Below are positions 18,987-28,394 of a stretch of DNA of 32,000 nucleotides, piece by piece. The notes beneath the pieces were generated by a model. That model saw only the letters and a program-made list of their open reading frames with translations, was not told where the DNA came from and ran no database searches. This DNA is from Patescibacteria group bacterium. Its GTDB lineage: Bacteria > Patescibacteriota > Patescibacteriia > 2-01-FULL-39-33. The position numbers were made by a program, and so were the translations under genes. The stretch is from contig JBAZMW010000005.1 of NCBI GenBank assembly GCA_041649575.1, positions 81,687-113,686 of the forward strand, read 5' to 3'. Numbering within the stretch: the stretch's first letter is position 1; every line of letters starts with the position of its first letter.

Positions 18987-21900
18987 ATGTCTTTTTTAAC
19001 GATAGAAAAATTTACTCCTAACTACAAAACCAGAATTATTAAAAAGCTAGTTTTAGCTATAGTTTTGCTTGTCGTGCCCCTAGTGGTTTTGGCGGCTTGG
19101 GCTTTTTTGGGAATGATGACCAATTCGGAATTCTTTTTGGCCCAAGCCGCCGTCGGGATTAACAAACAAATAAATTATCAGGGCAAGATTGCCAACTCCA
19201 GCGGCAATAATTTAACCGACGGTAATTACAGTTTTAAATTTGAATTATACGATGCGCCGGATGCCGGCACCTTGCTTTGGAGCGAGGAATGGAAGACCGG
19301 CAGCGGGGCTGGTCCGGTGCAGTTAGTCGATAGTGTTTTTTCGGTGGCTCTGGGCACTTCGACGGCTTTGACCTCCAGTTTGTTTGCCAATGATAATTTA
19401 TATTTACAGGTCTATTTGGATGCTGACAGTAACGGCGTTTATGAAGAAACTTTTTCTCCAAGAAAAAGAATTACCGCCAGTCCCTATGCTTTTAATTCCG
19501 ATACGCTCGATGGTTATGACGCTACTACCACAGCCACAGCCAATAAGTTGTTGGTTTTAGACGGTAGCGCCGGTCTGACTTTAAATAGCGTGACCACCAC
19601 TGGTTCTTTTTATGCCGGCAGTTATGCTTCTTCCACCGGCGGGCTCTATAGCCAAGGCAACGGGCATTTTGGCGGGACTTTGACGGTTGATGGCAATGCC
19701 ACCACCAGCGGCCATTATTATGTTGGAGGCGATCTGACTGTCGACGACAATTTTTATGTCTTGGACAGCTCCAACGCCGCTGCATTATACAGCCTGAATC
19801 CAAGCTTGAATTTTTCTTTTCTGGCTTCCACCACCTTTACCAGTCTAAGCAATCATACTTACAGTTATACTTTCAATTCTTACCTTGATCCCAGCGCTGA
19901 TTCGAGCTATTACCACTATAATTTTTTAAACGCCATAAATATTAACTCCAATAACACCAAAAACATACAAGCATTAGTAGCCGACAGCAACGTGGTTGTT
20001 CATTATGGCACCGGCAATTTGACTTACGGTTATGGCCAATTGAGCACCGTGGAGTTAGCTGGCCTGGGCAACATAACCACGGCTAGCGGCGGCTGGTTTG
20101 AAGTCGCCAGTGGCGTGGATGTTGCGGCCGGTAATATTACCAACGCCTTGGGTGTTATGGGTAAGGTAAATAATGACGTTTATGGTGGCGCTATCACCAG
20201 CGCTCAAGCTATTTCGGGCATTATAAATAATGATGGCGGGACAATAACCGATGCTTATGGCCTAAGAATATACGTGCCCAGCGGTAGTGGGGTCATTAAT
20301 AATGACTATGGCGTTTATATCGAAAATCAAAATCGTGGCGGTAGCTTAAATTATAATATTTATTCCGCTGGTACCACGGGCCTTAATTATTTTGGCGGGC
20401 AGGTGGGCATTGCCACCACTACCCCCTGGTCTGGCTATGAACTAGCCGTTACTGGTGACGAAGTCTTGACGGGTAATCTCAAAGTCCTTGGCTACGGCCA
20501 ATTTAACAATGTCTCCACCACCGATACTCTCTATGTTGGCGGTTATGCCTCTACCACCGGGGGCCTCTATACCCAAAGCAATGGCTGGTTTGGCAGTGCC
20601 GTGACAGTTGGTTCTAAACTGGGCATTGCCACCACCACTCCCTGGGATAGCTACGAGTTAGCCATTACCGGTGACGCTATTTTGACGGGTAATCTCAAAG
20701 TGCTCGGCTACGGCCAATTCAACAATGTCTCCACCACCGATACCCTTTATGTGGGCGGCTATGCTTCCACCACCGGAGGATTATATACCCAGGGCAATGG
20801 GCATTTTGGTGGCAATCTCACAGTTGATAATAACGCCACCACCACCGGCTATCTCACGGTTGGCACTGCTCCCACGGGCGCCACTTTCTCCAGTGGCAAC
20901 CTAAACATCCAGAATAGCTTGGTAGTGGGAGGCGGCATCACTCTGGGCGGAGTCTACCGCGACACTTGGCCCGCCGGCAGCGTTGGCAGCGCCGGTAGTT
21001 TCTGGGCCACCACCTCTAACAGTCTGATAGGTTATCCCGACCTAAGCGGCTTCTATGCCATTGTGATTGGCGGATCAGCCACCACCTCCAACATTTCCAA
21101 CAAACTTAAATTAGAGGTAACCGGCGGCGACTTCGGCGTTGATTTGACCGATGAAACCTTCTTCGTGGACAGTACCAATAACAGTGTTGGCATTGCTACC
21201 ACCACTCCCTGGTCTGGCTATGAGCTGGCCATCACCGGTGATGAGGTTTTGACGGGTAATTTGTATGGTTTGGGATCGGCCACCACTAGTCAAAGTTTAT
21301 ATGTTGGCACTCAAATTAATGTGGCCACCTCTTCTCCCTGGTCTGGTTATGAACTGGCCCTGGCTGGCGACGCCGTTGTTTCTGGTAATTTTTATAACAA
21401 GGGCAACGCCACCACCACCGGCAGTCTTTATGCTAATGAGATTTTTTCTGCCGGCACCCAGCTTTTAGGCAGTGGCGCCGCTAGTGTTGATGCTTTGTCT
21501 GTTATTGGCTTGCACTCTGGTTACAGTGCCAATCTGGCCATTTATGCCAAGGATAGTGATGGCACGGATAACGTCAGTATAGTGGCAATCGGTAAAAACG
21601 CAAACGACCTAGCCAATAGAGAATTGTTTAGTCTGGGTTGGAACGCGGCGGGCACTTATGATATTAATACTTTCGCGGCTGGTAGCGGAGTGGTTCGTGA
21701 TTTACGGATTTATACCGGGAATAACAGCACTCAATTATACTTGGATTCCACTGGCGATGTCAGGATTCCCGACTTGAACTCCACCTCCAGCTATATTGGC
21801 AACCTCACTGTCTATAATAATGCCAATTTTAATTCCATTACCACCACCGACTCCCTCTACGTAGGCGGCTATGCCTCCTCCACAGGCGGCTTATTTACCA

Positions 21901-24900
21901 AAGGCAACGGGCATTTTGGCGGCAATTTAACAGTAGATGGCAATGTGACAACTACCGGCATTATTGACGTTCAACAATATCTCTGGAACTCTCTGGCTGA
22001 TTTGAGTGTTCAAGACGGACTAAGTGTCAGTGGCAACGCCACCACCAGCGGCTATCTTACGGTTGGCACTGCTCCCACGGGCGCCACTTTCTCCAGTGGC
22101 AATTTAAACATCCAAAACAGCTTGGTAGTGGGAGGCGGCATCACTCTGGGCGGAGTCTACCGCGACACTTGGCCAGCCGGCGGCGTTGGCAGCGCCGGCA
22201 GCTTTTGGGCCACCACCTCTAACAGTCTGATAGGTTATCCCGACCTAAGCGGTTTCTACGCTATTGTGATCGGTGGCGCAGCCACCACTTCTAATATTTC
22301 TAACAATCTTAAATTAGAGGTAACCGGCGGCGACTTTGGCGTTGACTTAACCGATGAAACCTTCTTCGTGGACAGCACCAACAACAGTGTAGGCATTGCC
22401 ACCACCACCCCTTGGTCTGGCTACGAACTAGCCATCACCGGTGACGCTGTTTTGACGGGCAATCTCAAAGTGCTTGGCTACGGCCAATTCAACAATGTCT
22501 CCACCACCGATACTCTCTACGTGGGCGGCTATGCCTCCACCACCGGGGGCCTCTATACCCAAAGCAATGGCTGGTTTGGCAGTGCCGTGACAGTTGGTTC
22601 TAAACTGGGCATTGCCACCACTACCCCTTGGGATAGCTATGAACTAGCCATAACCGGTGACGCTGTTTTGACTGGTAATCTCAAAGTACTTGGCTACGGC
22701 CAATTCAACAACGTCTCCACCACTGATACTCTCTACGTGGGCGGCTATGCTTCCACCACCGGAGGATTATATACCCAGGGATTATTAAGAGGTGGCGGAG
22801 GGCTGACTGCAGAAGGCACGATTAGTTTGCCCAGTAATTCAATTACCGACGCCATGGTGGTCAACACTATCACTGCTTCTAATTATTTACCATTAACCGG
22901 TGGCACTTTAACTGGTTTGCTCTCCGGCACCTCGGCCAGTTTCTCCAATGCTGTCACCAGCACCAAGTATATAATGATTGGTTCGGGGACGGTTAACAAT
23001 CTTGATTATGTCGGCGATCTTTATGTGTCTGACGATGTAGAAATTGACGGCTCACTCTGGGTGCCGAACGCGACCACAACTAATTCTTTGTATGCCGGCA
23101 GTAATATTAGTATTGGCATTAATCCGACTCCATATTACGCTCTTTCGGTACTGGGCAGTGCCACTACTTCCGGAGTTTCGGTGGTTGGCACTAATGTATA
23201 TGTTGGCTACGCTAGCGGCAGCGATGACGATTATCTTTATTTTGACGCCGGCAATGAATCGTTGCTTTGGGATAACAGCCCTGGAGAGTTTGTTTTAAGT
23301 GACGATTTGCAAATTCAGGGCAACGCCACCACCACGGGAAAATTAGTGGTGGGCAACGGAACTACGGTGGATAATTCCGGCAGGTATGGTATTTTTTCAA
23401 GCTCTTTGGAAAGCGTGGCATTTCCGGGGGGCAGTTATGGGTTGTATGCTTCCAGCACCAACACCGGCCCGGCTGGTTGGGCGGCAGGTGTTTTTGGAAA
23501 AGGAGCCGGCACCAATAGTGCTGTTGGAGCTTACGGTGTTTTTGGTGAAGCTATTGATTATAATGTTGGTTATAATTACGGCGTTTATGGCAAAGCCGCT
23601 AGCGCGGCTACTACTAATTACGGCGTTTATGGCTTGGCCTCGGGAGCCAGTGATTACGCCGGTTATTTTGAAGGCAATTTAGGGGTTACGGCCACCACCA
23701 CAATTACAAAGGGATTAGTGGTTGATACAAGCAGCTTGTTTGTTAATTATGATACAAACAGGGTTGGCGTTGGCACCACCACGCCCAGCCGGCCGCTTTC
23801 GGTTGTTGGACAGATATTTACCTCGCAAGACGGCAGCGATCCGTCTCTGGTTAGTTTTGGCGGGATGGTGGTGATGGATAATAGTAATGGCCAGGGCTGG
23901 TATATTGCCGGCAGATCGCAGGACACCACTGGCCTAAGAGGCAGTTTAAAATTTGATTCATGCTCTGACTTTGACTGCGGAGCTGGCGGAACTCTCAATA
24001 TTATGGAGTTAACCAGAAGCGGCAGGGTCGGCATTGCCACCACCACGCCGCAGTATCGTTTGCAGGTAGGCAGTATTATTGGCAACACCTTTTTTTCAGT
24101 GGACAGTCTGGGCAATGCCACTACCAGCGCCAACTTGACGGTTAAAAATTTACCCAATCAAACCACCGGCAGCGCCGCCAATGTTTTTGTGGACAGTAAT
24201 GGCCTGTTATTTAAGTCGTCTTCCTCTCTTCGTTATAAAACAGATATAAATTATGGCGGCGTTGATGGTAGTATTTTGTATCAACTGCAGCCAGTATCTT
24301 TCAAAGATAAAAATACCGGAGTTGATTATATTGGTTTTATTGCCGAAGATGTGGCGCTGGTCGAACCAAGACTGGTGTCCTATGACGCCAGCGGCAATCC
24401 TGACGGTTTGCATTATGGCAATTTTTCCGCCCTGATCACCAAAGCCGTACAGGAGTTGTCGGCCAGGGTCGATGCTTTAGAGGTTGATGGTTCTGCCGAC
24501 GCTGCCAGTGGTGGATTGCCAGTGGTGGATTCTCCTGGCAGTAACCTCGATAGCTTGACCGTGCAACAGGCGGCTAATTTCTATGGCACGATTACGGTTT
24601 ATGGGGAGGCGGGTTTTGTTTCCAAGGTCACTTTTGAGAAAGAAGTGGAGTTTAAGGATCATTTAACGGTAGCTGGCGATACTGCCGGCACGGCTATTAT
24701 TACGGCCGGAGCAACCAGCACGGAAATTTTATTTGGCAAGGAATACCAGGAAGCGCCAAAAGTGGTGGCTAATCTACAAATAAAAGGCGCACCGATTTTT
24801 GTCCAGTGGGGTATTGCCGATAAATCAACCAAGGGTTTCAGGATAGTCTTGGCAGAGCCGGTTTTGGCAGATTTGGAATTTGATTGGGTGGCTTTGGCCA

Positions 24901-25127
24901 ATAAAGCTGGCGGCCAGGTGGCCGGAGAGCAAGAGCAGGCAGTGGTTGTCGGTTGTACCAATCCCGAGGCCACTAATTACAATCCGGCTGCCACCCAGGA
25001 TGATGGCTCTTGCATCCTGCAGCCAGCGGAAACTCCCCCGGCCGATCAAGCCGGCAGTCAAGATGCCGCCGCGCCGCCAGTGGAGACGCCGCTTCCCCAG
25101 AGCGATAATCCAGCGCCGACCGGTTAA
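18987..25127 (+). CDS. Giant repeat-rich cell-surface fibre-like protein with Peptidase_S74-like (intramolecular chaperone) domain
   Basis: 2046 aa. N-terminal TM (LVLAIVLLVVPLVVLAAWAFL), INKQINYQGKIANSSGNNLTDGNYSFKFELYD, many (V)GIATTTPW.YELAITGD and TTDTLYVGGYASTTGGLYTQ repeats, S74-like SSSLRYKTDINYGG...YIGFIAEDVALVEPRLV...ALITKAVQEL. Confidence 0.85.
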   Translation: MSFLTIEKFTPNYKTRIIKKLVLAIVLLVVPLVVLAAWAFLGMMTNSEFFLAQAAVGINKQINYQGKIANSSGNNLTDGNYSFKFELYDAPDAGTLLWSEEWKTGSGAGPVQLVDSVFSVALGTSTALTSSLFANDNLYLQVYLDADSNGVYEETFSPRKRITASPYAFNSDTLDGYDATTTATANKLLVLDGSAGLTLNSVTTTGSFYAGSYASSTGGLYSQGNGHFGGTLTVDGNATTSGHYYVGGDLTVDDNFYVLDSSNAAALYSLNPSLNFSFLASTTFTSLSNHTYSYTFNSYLDPSADSSYYHYNFLNAININSNNTKNIQALVADSNVVVHYGTGNLTYGYGQLSTVELAGLGNITTASGGWFEVASGVDVAAGNITNALGVMGKVNNDVYGGAITSAQAISGIINNDGGTITDAYGLRIYVPSGSGVINNDYGVYIENQNRGGSLNYNIYSAGTTGLNYFGGQVGIATTTPWSGYELAVTGDEVLTGNLKVLGYGQFNNVSTTDTLYVGGYASTTGGLYTQSNGWFGSAVTVGSKLGIATTTPWDSYELAITGDAILTGNLKVLGYGQFNNVSTTDTLYVGGYASTTGGLYTQGNGHFGGNLTVDNNATTTGYLTVGTAPTGATFSSGNLNIQNSLVVGGGITLGGVYRDTWPAGSVGSAGSFWATTSNSLIGYPDLSGFYAIVIGGSATTSNISNKLKLEVTGGDFGVDLTDETFFVDSTNNSVGIATTTPWSGYELAITGDEVLTGNLYGLGSATTSQSLYVGTQINVATSSPWSGYELALAGDAVVSGNFYNKGNATTTGSLYANEIFSAGTQLLGSGAASVDALSVIGLHSGYSANLAIYAKDSDGTDNVSIVAIGKNANDLANRELFSLGWNAAGTYDINTFAAGSGVVRDLRIYTGNNSTQLYLDSTGDVRIPDLNSTSSYIGNLTVYNNANFNSITTTDSLYVGGYASSTGGLFTKGNGHFGGNLTVDGNVTTTGIIDVQQYLWNSLADLSVQDGLSVSGNATTSGYLTVGTAPTGATFSSGNLNIQNSLVVGGGITLGGVYRDTWPAGGVGSAGSFWATTSNSLIGYPDLSGFYAIVIGGAATTSNISNNLKLEVTGGDFGVDLTDETFFVDSTNNSVGIATTTPWSGYELAITGDAVLTGNLKVLGYGQFNNVSTTDTLYVGGYASTTGGLYTQSNGWFGSAVTVGSKLGIATTTPWDSYELAITGDAVLTGNLKVLGYGQFNNVSTTDTLYVGGYASTTGGLYTQGLLRGGGGLTAEGTISLPSNSITDAMVVNTITASNYLPLTGGTLTGLLSGTSASFSNAVTSTKYIMIGSGTVNNLDYVGDLYVSDDVEIDGSLWVPNATTTNSLYAGSNISIGINPTPYYALSVLGSATTSGVSVVGTNVYVGYASGSDDDYLYFDAGNESLLWDNSPGEFVLSDDLQIQGNATTTGKLVVGNGTTVDNSGRYGIFSSSLESVAFPGGSYGLYASSTNTGPAGWAAGVFGKGAGTNSAVGAYGVFGEAIDYNVGYNYGVYGKAASAATTNYGVYGLASGASDYAGYFEGNLGVTATTTITKGLVVDTSSLFVNYDTNRVGVGTTTPSRPLSVVGQIFTSQDGSDPSLVSFGGMVVMDNSNGQGWYIAGRSQDTTGLRGSLKFDSCSDFDCGAGGTLNIMELTRSGRVGIATTTPQYRLQVGSIIGNTFFSVDSLGNATTSANLTVKNLPNQTTGSAANVFVDSNGLLFKSSSSLRYKTDINYGGVDGSILYQLQPVSFKDKNTGVDYIGFIAEDVALVEPRLVSYDASGNPDGLHYGNFSALITKAVQELSARVDALEVDGSADAASGGLPVVDSPGSNLDSLTVQQAANFYGTITVYGEAGFVSKVTFEKEVEFKDHLTVAGDTAGTAIITAGATSTEILFGKEYQEAPKVVANLQIKGAPIFVQWGIADKSTKGFRIVLAEPVLADLEFDWVALANKAGGQVAGEQEQAVVVGCTNPEATNYNPAATQDDGSCILQPAETPPADQAGSQDAAAPPVETPLPQSDNPAPTG
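20428..20793 (+). repeat. Long intragenic direct repeat, copy A1
   Basis: Near-identical to 22414-22779 (offset 1986 bp = 662 codons). Contains two ~216-bp (72-aa) tandem units. Confidence 0.85.
20832..21260 (+). repeat. Long intragenic direct repeat, copy B1
   Basis: Encodes NATTTGYLTVGTAPTGATFSSGNLNIQNSLVVGGGITLGGVYRDTWPAG...; near-identical to 22035-22463 (offset 1203 bp). Confidence 0.85.
22035..22463 (+). repeat. Long intragenic direct repeat, copy B2
   Basis: See copy B1. Confidence 0.85.
22414..22779 (+). repeat. Long intragenic direct repeat, copy A2
   Basis: See copy A1; AATCTCAAAGT.CT.GGCTACGGCCAATT units begin at 22461 and 22677 (and 20475, 20691 in A1). Confidence 0.85.
24216..24500 (+). 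other. Peptidase_S74-like domain within the giant protein (approximate bounds)
   Basis: SSSLRYKTDINYGGVDGSILYQLQPVSFKDKNTGVDYIGFIAEDVALVEPRLVSYDASGNPDGLHYGNFSALITKAVQELSARVDALE. Confidence 0.75.
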
Positions 25128-25181
25128 TGCCTTTTGCCTCAGGGATCAGAAAGTGCTAAAATTATAATTCGTTCACGAGCT

Positions 25182-27692
25182 ATGTCTTACCGCAAGAAAA
25201 AAAGAAATAAATTAAAATTTCTGGGAAAAAATAGGAAGACCGGTTATTCAAATTTATCCGATTTGGACGACCTTGGTTTTGGCAAAAGTTGGCGAAGCGG
25301 AAATCATTGGCAAGTCGGTTCGGAAACCAAAAAAGGAATTTTTATCATAATTTTATTTTTACTGGCGGCCTTGAGTCTGCTGGGGTTGTTCGATTTATCT
25401 GGTGAATTTGGCCGAGTAATTGTCCATATTTTATCTTTGATTTTTGGCGGTCTGAATTGGTTGTTTCCGGTTTTAGCGATTATTTTGGGCTATTTTTTGC
25501 TGCGGCCGGAAAAGTACCAAGTTAGAATAATTAATTATATCGGCGGGATCCTGCTGGTTTTGGGGGCAACCTCATTGTGGCATTTGTGGTATTTGCGGCA
25601 GGGTTTTTTAAAGCCGCTCGCCTTGGCCAAAGAAGGCTTGGGTGGCGGTTTTGCCGGCTTTGTCCTATCGGCCCCTTTATTGAACTTCATGGGCCTCTGG
25701 GGAGCAGCAGCTGTCTGTTTGGCGATACTATTGGTTGGTATTTTATTAACTTTTGAAACCTCGCTCTACGGGTTAATGTGGCCTATTAGGCTGTTGGGGT
25801 TTCTGGGCTCAAGAATAAAAGAGTTTTATCTGGTGGCCAGAGAGAATTCCGGCCAGAGAATCATTAGCGCCGAGGATGATTATGAGGAGAGCGAGGAGGA
25901 GAAAGATTTGAGCCCTCAGGAAGAAAACGAAGAAGAAAGAGAAGAAAGCACAGGCGAAGAAGAAAATGAACCGCAATTTAAAAGAAAGGAAATAGCGCAA
26001 AAGTCAGAGGAAGAAGCTATTGTCAAACCAAAAAAATTCGGCAGAAAAATTGAATTGCCAATTAGTTTGCTGACTGCCAGGCCGACCAAGCCGACCAGCG
26101 GCGATATCAAAGCCAACCAGGAAATAATCAGAAAAACTTTGGCTAACTTTGGCATCGAAGTGGAAATGGGGGACGTCAACATCGGACCGACGGTGACGCA
26201 ATATACTCTGCGGCCGGCAGACGGGGTCAAGCTCTCGCGAATTATTGTTTTAAACAGCGACCTGGCCCTGGCTTTGGCGGCTCACCCAATTAGGATCGAG
26301 GCGCCCATACCCGGCAAATCATTAGTGGGCATTGAAGTGCCCAACAAGCTGGCGGCTCGTGTGACCATGGGCGAGCTTTTATCCAGCCGCGAGTTTCAGC
26401 AGAGAAGCAATAATCTGTTTATTTCTCTGGGCAAGGATGTTAGCGGCAAAGCTTGTTTTGCCCAGCTAGATCGGATGCCGCATCTTTTGATAGCCGGCGC
26501 CACCGGTTCTGGCAAATCAGTTTGTATTAATTCTATAATTGTCAGCCTGTTATATCAGAATAGTCCCGATGATCTAAAATTTATTTTGGTCGATCCCAAG
26601 AGAGTGGAATTGCCGATTTATAATAATATCCCTTATCTGCTGACCCCGGTGATTACTGATGTCAAAAAAACCATTAACGCGCTTAAATGGACTATTGTCG
26701 AAATGGAAAAGCGTTTTGAATTGTTATCAAGGATGGGTAAAAGAAATATTGCCGCTTATAATCAAGCTGCCACCGATAAGTTGCCTTATATTATTTTTAT
26801 TATTGATGAGCTGGCTGATTTGATGAGTACGGCTGCTAACGACGTGGAGGCGGGAATAGTGCGTTTGGCGCAGATGGCGCGAGCGGTTGGCATTCATTTA
26901 ATTTTGGCGACTCAAAGGCCATCAGTCGAGGTAATTACCGGACTTATCAAGGCCAATATACCGGCTCGGGTTGCTTTTTCGGTGGCCTCGCTAATTGATT
27001 CGCGAACCATTTTAGACAGCTCGGGAGCGGAGAAACTGGTTGGCCGCGGCGACATGCTTTTCCTGGGACCGGAAATTAGCAAGCCCAAAAGAATTCAGGG
27101 CGTGTTTATGTCCGACCAGGAGATAAAGAGCGTGGTGGATTATATCAGGTGTCAGGGAGAGGCCAATTATTTGGAAGAGATAGTCGAGCGGCCGGCCGTC
27201 GGCAGTTTTTCCGGTGGCGCTTTTGCCTCCGACGACGGCGATCCGCTGATGGGTGAAGCCAAAGAAATTATTCGCCAGTCGGGCAAGGCCTCGGCTTCGC
27301 TGTTGCAGCGCAGGCTCAAGCTCGGCTATGCCCGGGCGGCCAGAATCCTGGATTTATTGGAGGAGGAAGGGGTGATCGGGCCGGCCGATGGCGCCAAACC
27401 GCGTGAAGTGTTTTTGGACAAACTGGGCGGGGTTGATGCTTTGAATTTCGCTGCTCGCGAGCATGATTTGACCGGAGAATTGGTCGAGGCGGAAGAATTT
27501 GAAGAAGAAACCGAGGGTGAAAACACGGTTTTCGACAGCGAAGCGGCGGAAGACCTCGAGGCTGCGGAGGAGGAAGAGGAAGAGGAGAAGGAAGAAGAAG
27601 AGGAGGAAGATAAAATTGAACCGAAAGAAAATATGAGACAGAACGGCGCTGATAAAAAAGCGAAGAATTTTGCCGATGACGAATGGACCTAA
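25182..27692 (+). CDS. ftsK: FtsK/SpoIIIE-family DNA translocase
   Basis: Four or more N-terminal TMs, acidic linker, GATGSGKSVCINSI Walker A, YIIFIIDELADLM Walker B, LATQRPSVEVITGLIKANIPARVAF, C-terminal gamma domain ASASLLQRRLKLGYARAARILDLLEEEGVIGPADG. The listed start 25134 is possible; MSYRKKKRNK at 25182 is more likely. Confidence 0.95.
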   Translation: MSYRKKKRNKLKFLGKNRKTGYSNLSDLDDLGFGKSWRSGNHWQVGSETKKGIFIIILFLLAALSLLGLFDLSGEFGRVIVHILSLIFGGLNWLFPVLAIILGYFLLRPEKYQVRIINYIGGILLVLGATSLWHLWYLRQGFLKPLALAKEGLGGGFAGFVLSAPLLNFMGLWGAAAVCLAILLVGILLTFETSLYGLMWPIRLLGFLGSRIKEFYLVARENSGQRIISAEDDYEESEEEKDLSPQEENEEEREESTGEEENEPQFKRKEIAQKSEEEAIVKPKKFGRKIELPISLLTARPTKPTSGDIKANQEIIRKTLANFGIEVEMGDVNIGPTVTQYTLRPADGVKLSRIIVLNSDLALALAAHPIRIEAPIPGKSLVGIEVPNKLAARVTMGELLSSREFQQRSNNLFISLGKDVSGKACFAQLDRMPHLLIAGATGSGKSVCINSIIVSLLYQNSPDDLKFILVDPKRVELPIYNNIPYLLTPVITDVKKTINALKWTIVEMEKRFELLSRMGKRNIAAYNQAATDKLPYIIFIIDELADLMSTAANDVEAGIVRLAQMARAVGIHLILATQRPSVEVITGLIKANIPARVAFSVASLIDSRTILDSSGAEKLVGRGDMLFLGPEISKPKRIQGVFMSDQEIKSVVDYIRCQGEANYLEEIVERPAVGSFSGGAFASDDGDPLMGEAKEIIRQSGKASASLLQRRLKLGYARAARILDLLEEEGVIGPADGAKPREVFLDKLGGVDALNFAAREHDLTGELVEAEEFEEETEGENTVFDSEAAEDLEAAEEEEEEEKEEEEEEDKIEPKENMRQNGADKKAKNFADDEWT

Positions 27693-27702
27693 TTATTATT
27701 TT

Positions 27703-28368
27703 ATGAATCATTTTATCAGTAATCGGATTGTCCGGGGGAAAACTCTAGGCGACAAACTAAGCGAGGCCAGAGAAGATCGCGATGTGAGCTTGGAAAAAGC
27801 GGCCAAAGATTTGAATATTTCTTATAAATATTTGTTAGCGCTGGAAGAAAATAAATTATCAGACTTGCCGGGCCGAGCTTATGTTAGAAATTTTTTGAAA
27901 CTTTATTGCGCTTATCTTAAATTGAATTTTAATGACTGCTGGCAAGCGGCCCGGGAGCTAGAAACCATAGAGTCGGTCAAACGCCAAGGCACCATTAATA
28001 AAAAAATTTTTTTCGCCTGGCCCAGGCTTATCAGGCGGTTGCTATTGGTGTTTTTGGTAGCAGCGGTTTTTGTGTTTTTGGTTTTCAAGGTCCAGGAAAT
28101 TTTTGCTCCGCCACCTTTGACGATAAACACACCCAAAGACGGATCCATGATAGCCGATAAGCAAGTTCAGATTATTGGCAAATCGCAGCCGGAAGTGGAA
28201 ATTCTAATCAATAATAAAAATATTTTTGTGGATAAGAATGGGGAATTTAAGACTACGGCCGACTTGCAAAAGGGATTAAATTTGATTAAGATAACAGCGA
28301 AGAAGAGATACAGCCGGACCAGCGAAACGTTAATCAGGGTGCTTTTAACGGAAGCCCAAACGCCGTAA
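27703..28368 (+). CDS. RodZ-like HTH membrane protein
   Basis: Cro/C1-type HTH (GDKLSEAREDRDVSLEKAAKDLNISYKYLLALEENKLSDLPGRAYVRNFLKLYCAYL), one TM (LLLVFLVAAVFVFLVFKV) and a C-terminal beta domain. MNHFISNR start preferred over 27670, which overlaps ftsK. Confidence 0.8.
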   Translation: MNHFISNRIVRGKTLGDKLSEAREDRDVSLEKAAKDLNISYKYLLALEENKLSDLPGRAYVRNFLKLYCAYLKLNFNDCWQAARELETIESVKRQGTINKKIFFAWPRLIRRLLLVFLVAAVFVFLVFKVQEIFAPPPLTINTPKDGSMIADKQVQIIGKSQPEVEILINNKNIFVDKNGEFKTTADLQKGLNLIKITAKKRYSRTSETLIRVLLTEAQTP

Positions 28369-28394
28369 TTAAAAAATAAATAATTATTCAATTT

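Noticed and set aside
20428-22779. Regularly spaced repeats resembling a CRISPR-like or satellite array
   Set aside because: Repeats are in-frame protein-coding units of 216 bp and longer with variable divergence, and there are no short direct repeats with unique spacers or cas genes.
19234-24973. Many minus-strand ORFs and alternate-frame plus ORFs inside the giant gene
   Set aside because: They lie opposite or out of frame to a single 2046-codon ORF with coherent domains. They arise from the skewed Gly/Thr/Ser-rich composition and carry no recognisable protein features.
18987-25127. Phage tail fibre gene because of the S74 domain
   Set aside because: The protein has an N-terminal transmembrane segment, no neighbouring phage genes, and is adjacent to chromosomal ftsK/recA. 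A cellular surface protein is more likely.
25108-25181. Promoter directly upstream of ftsK (TATAAT-like AAATTATAATTCG)
   Set aside because: A -10-like hexamer is present but no -35 at acceptable spacing was found (TTGCCT is ~23 nt away), so it is not listed as a feature.
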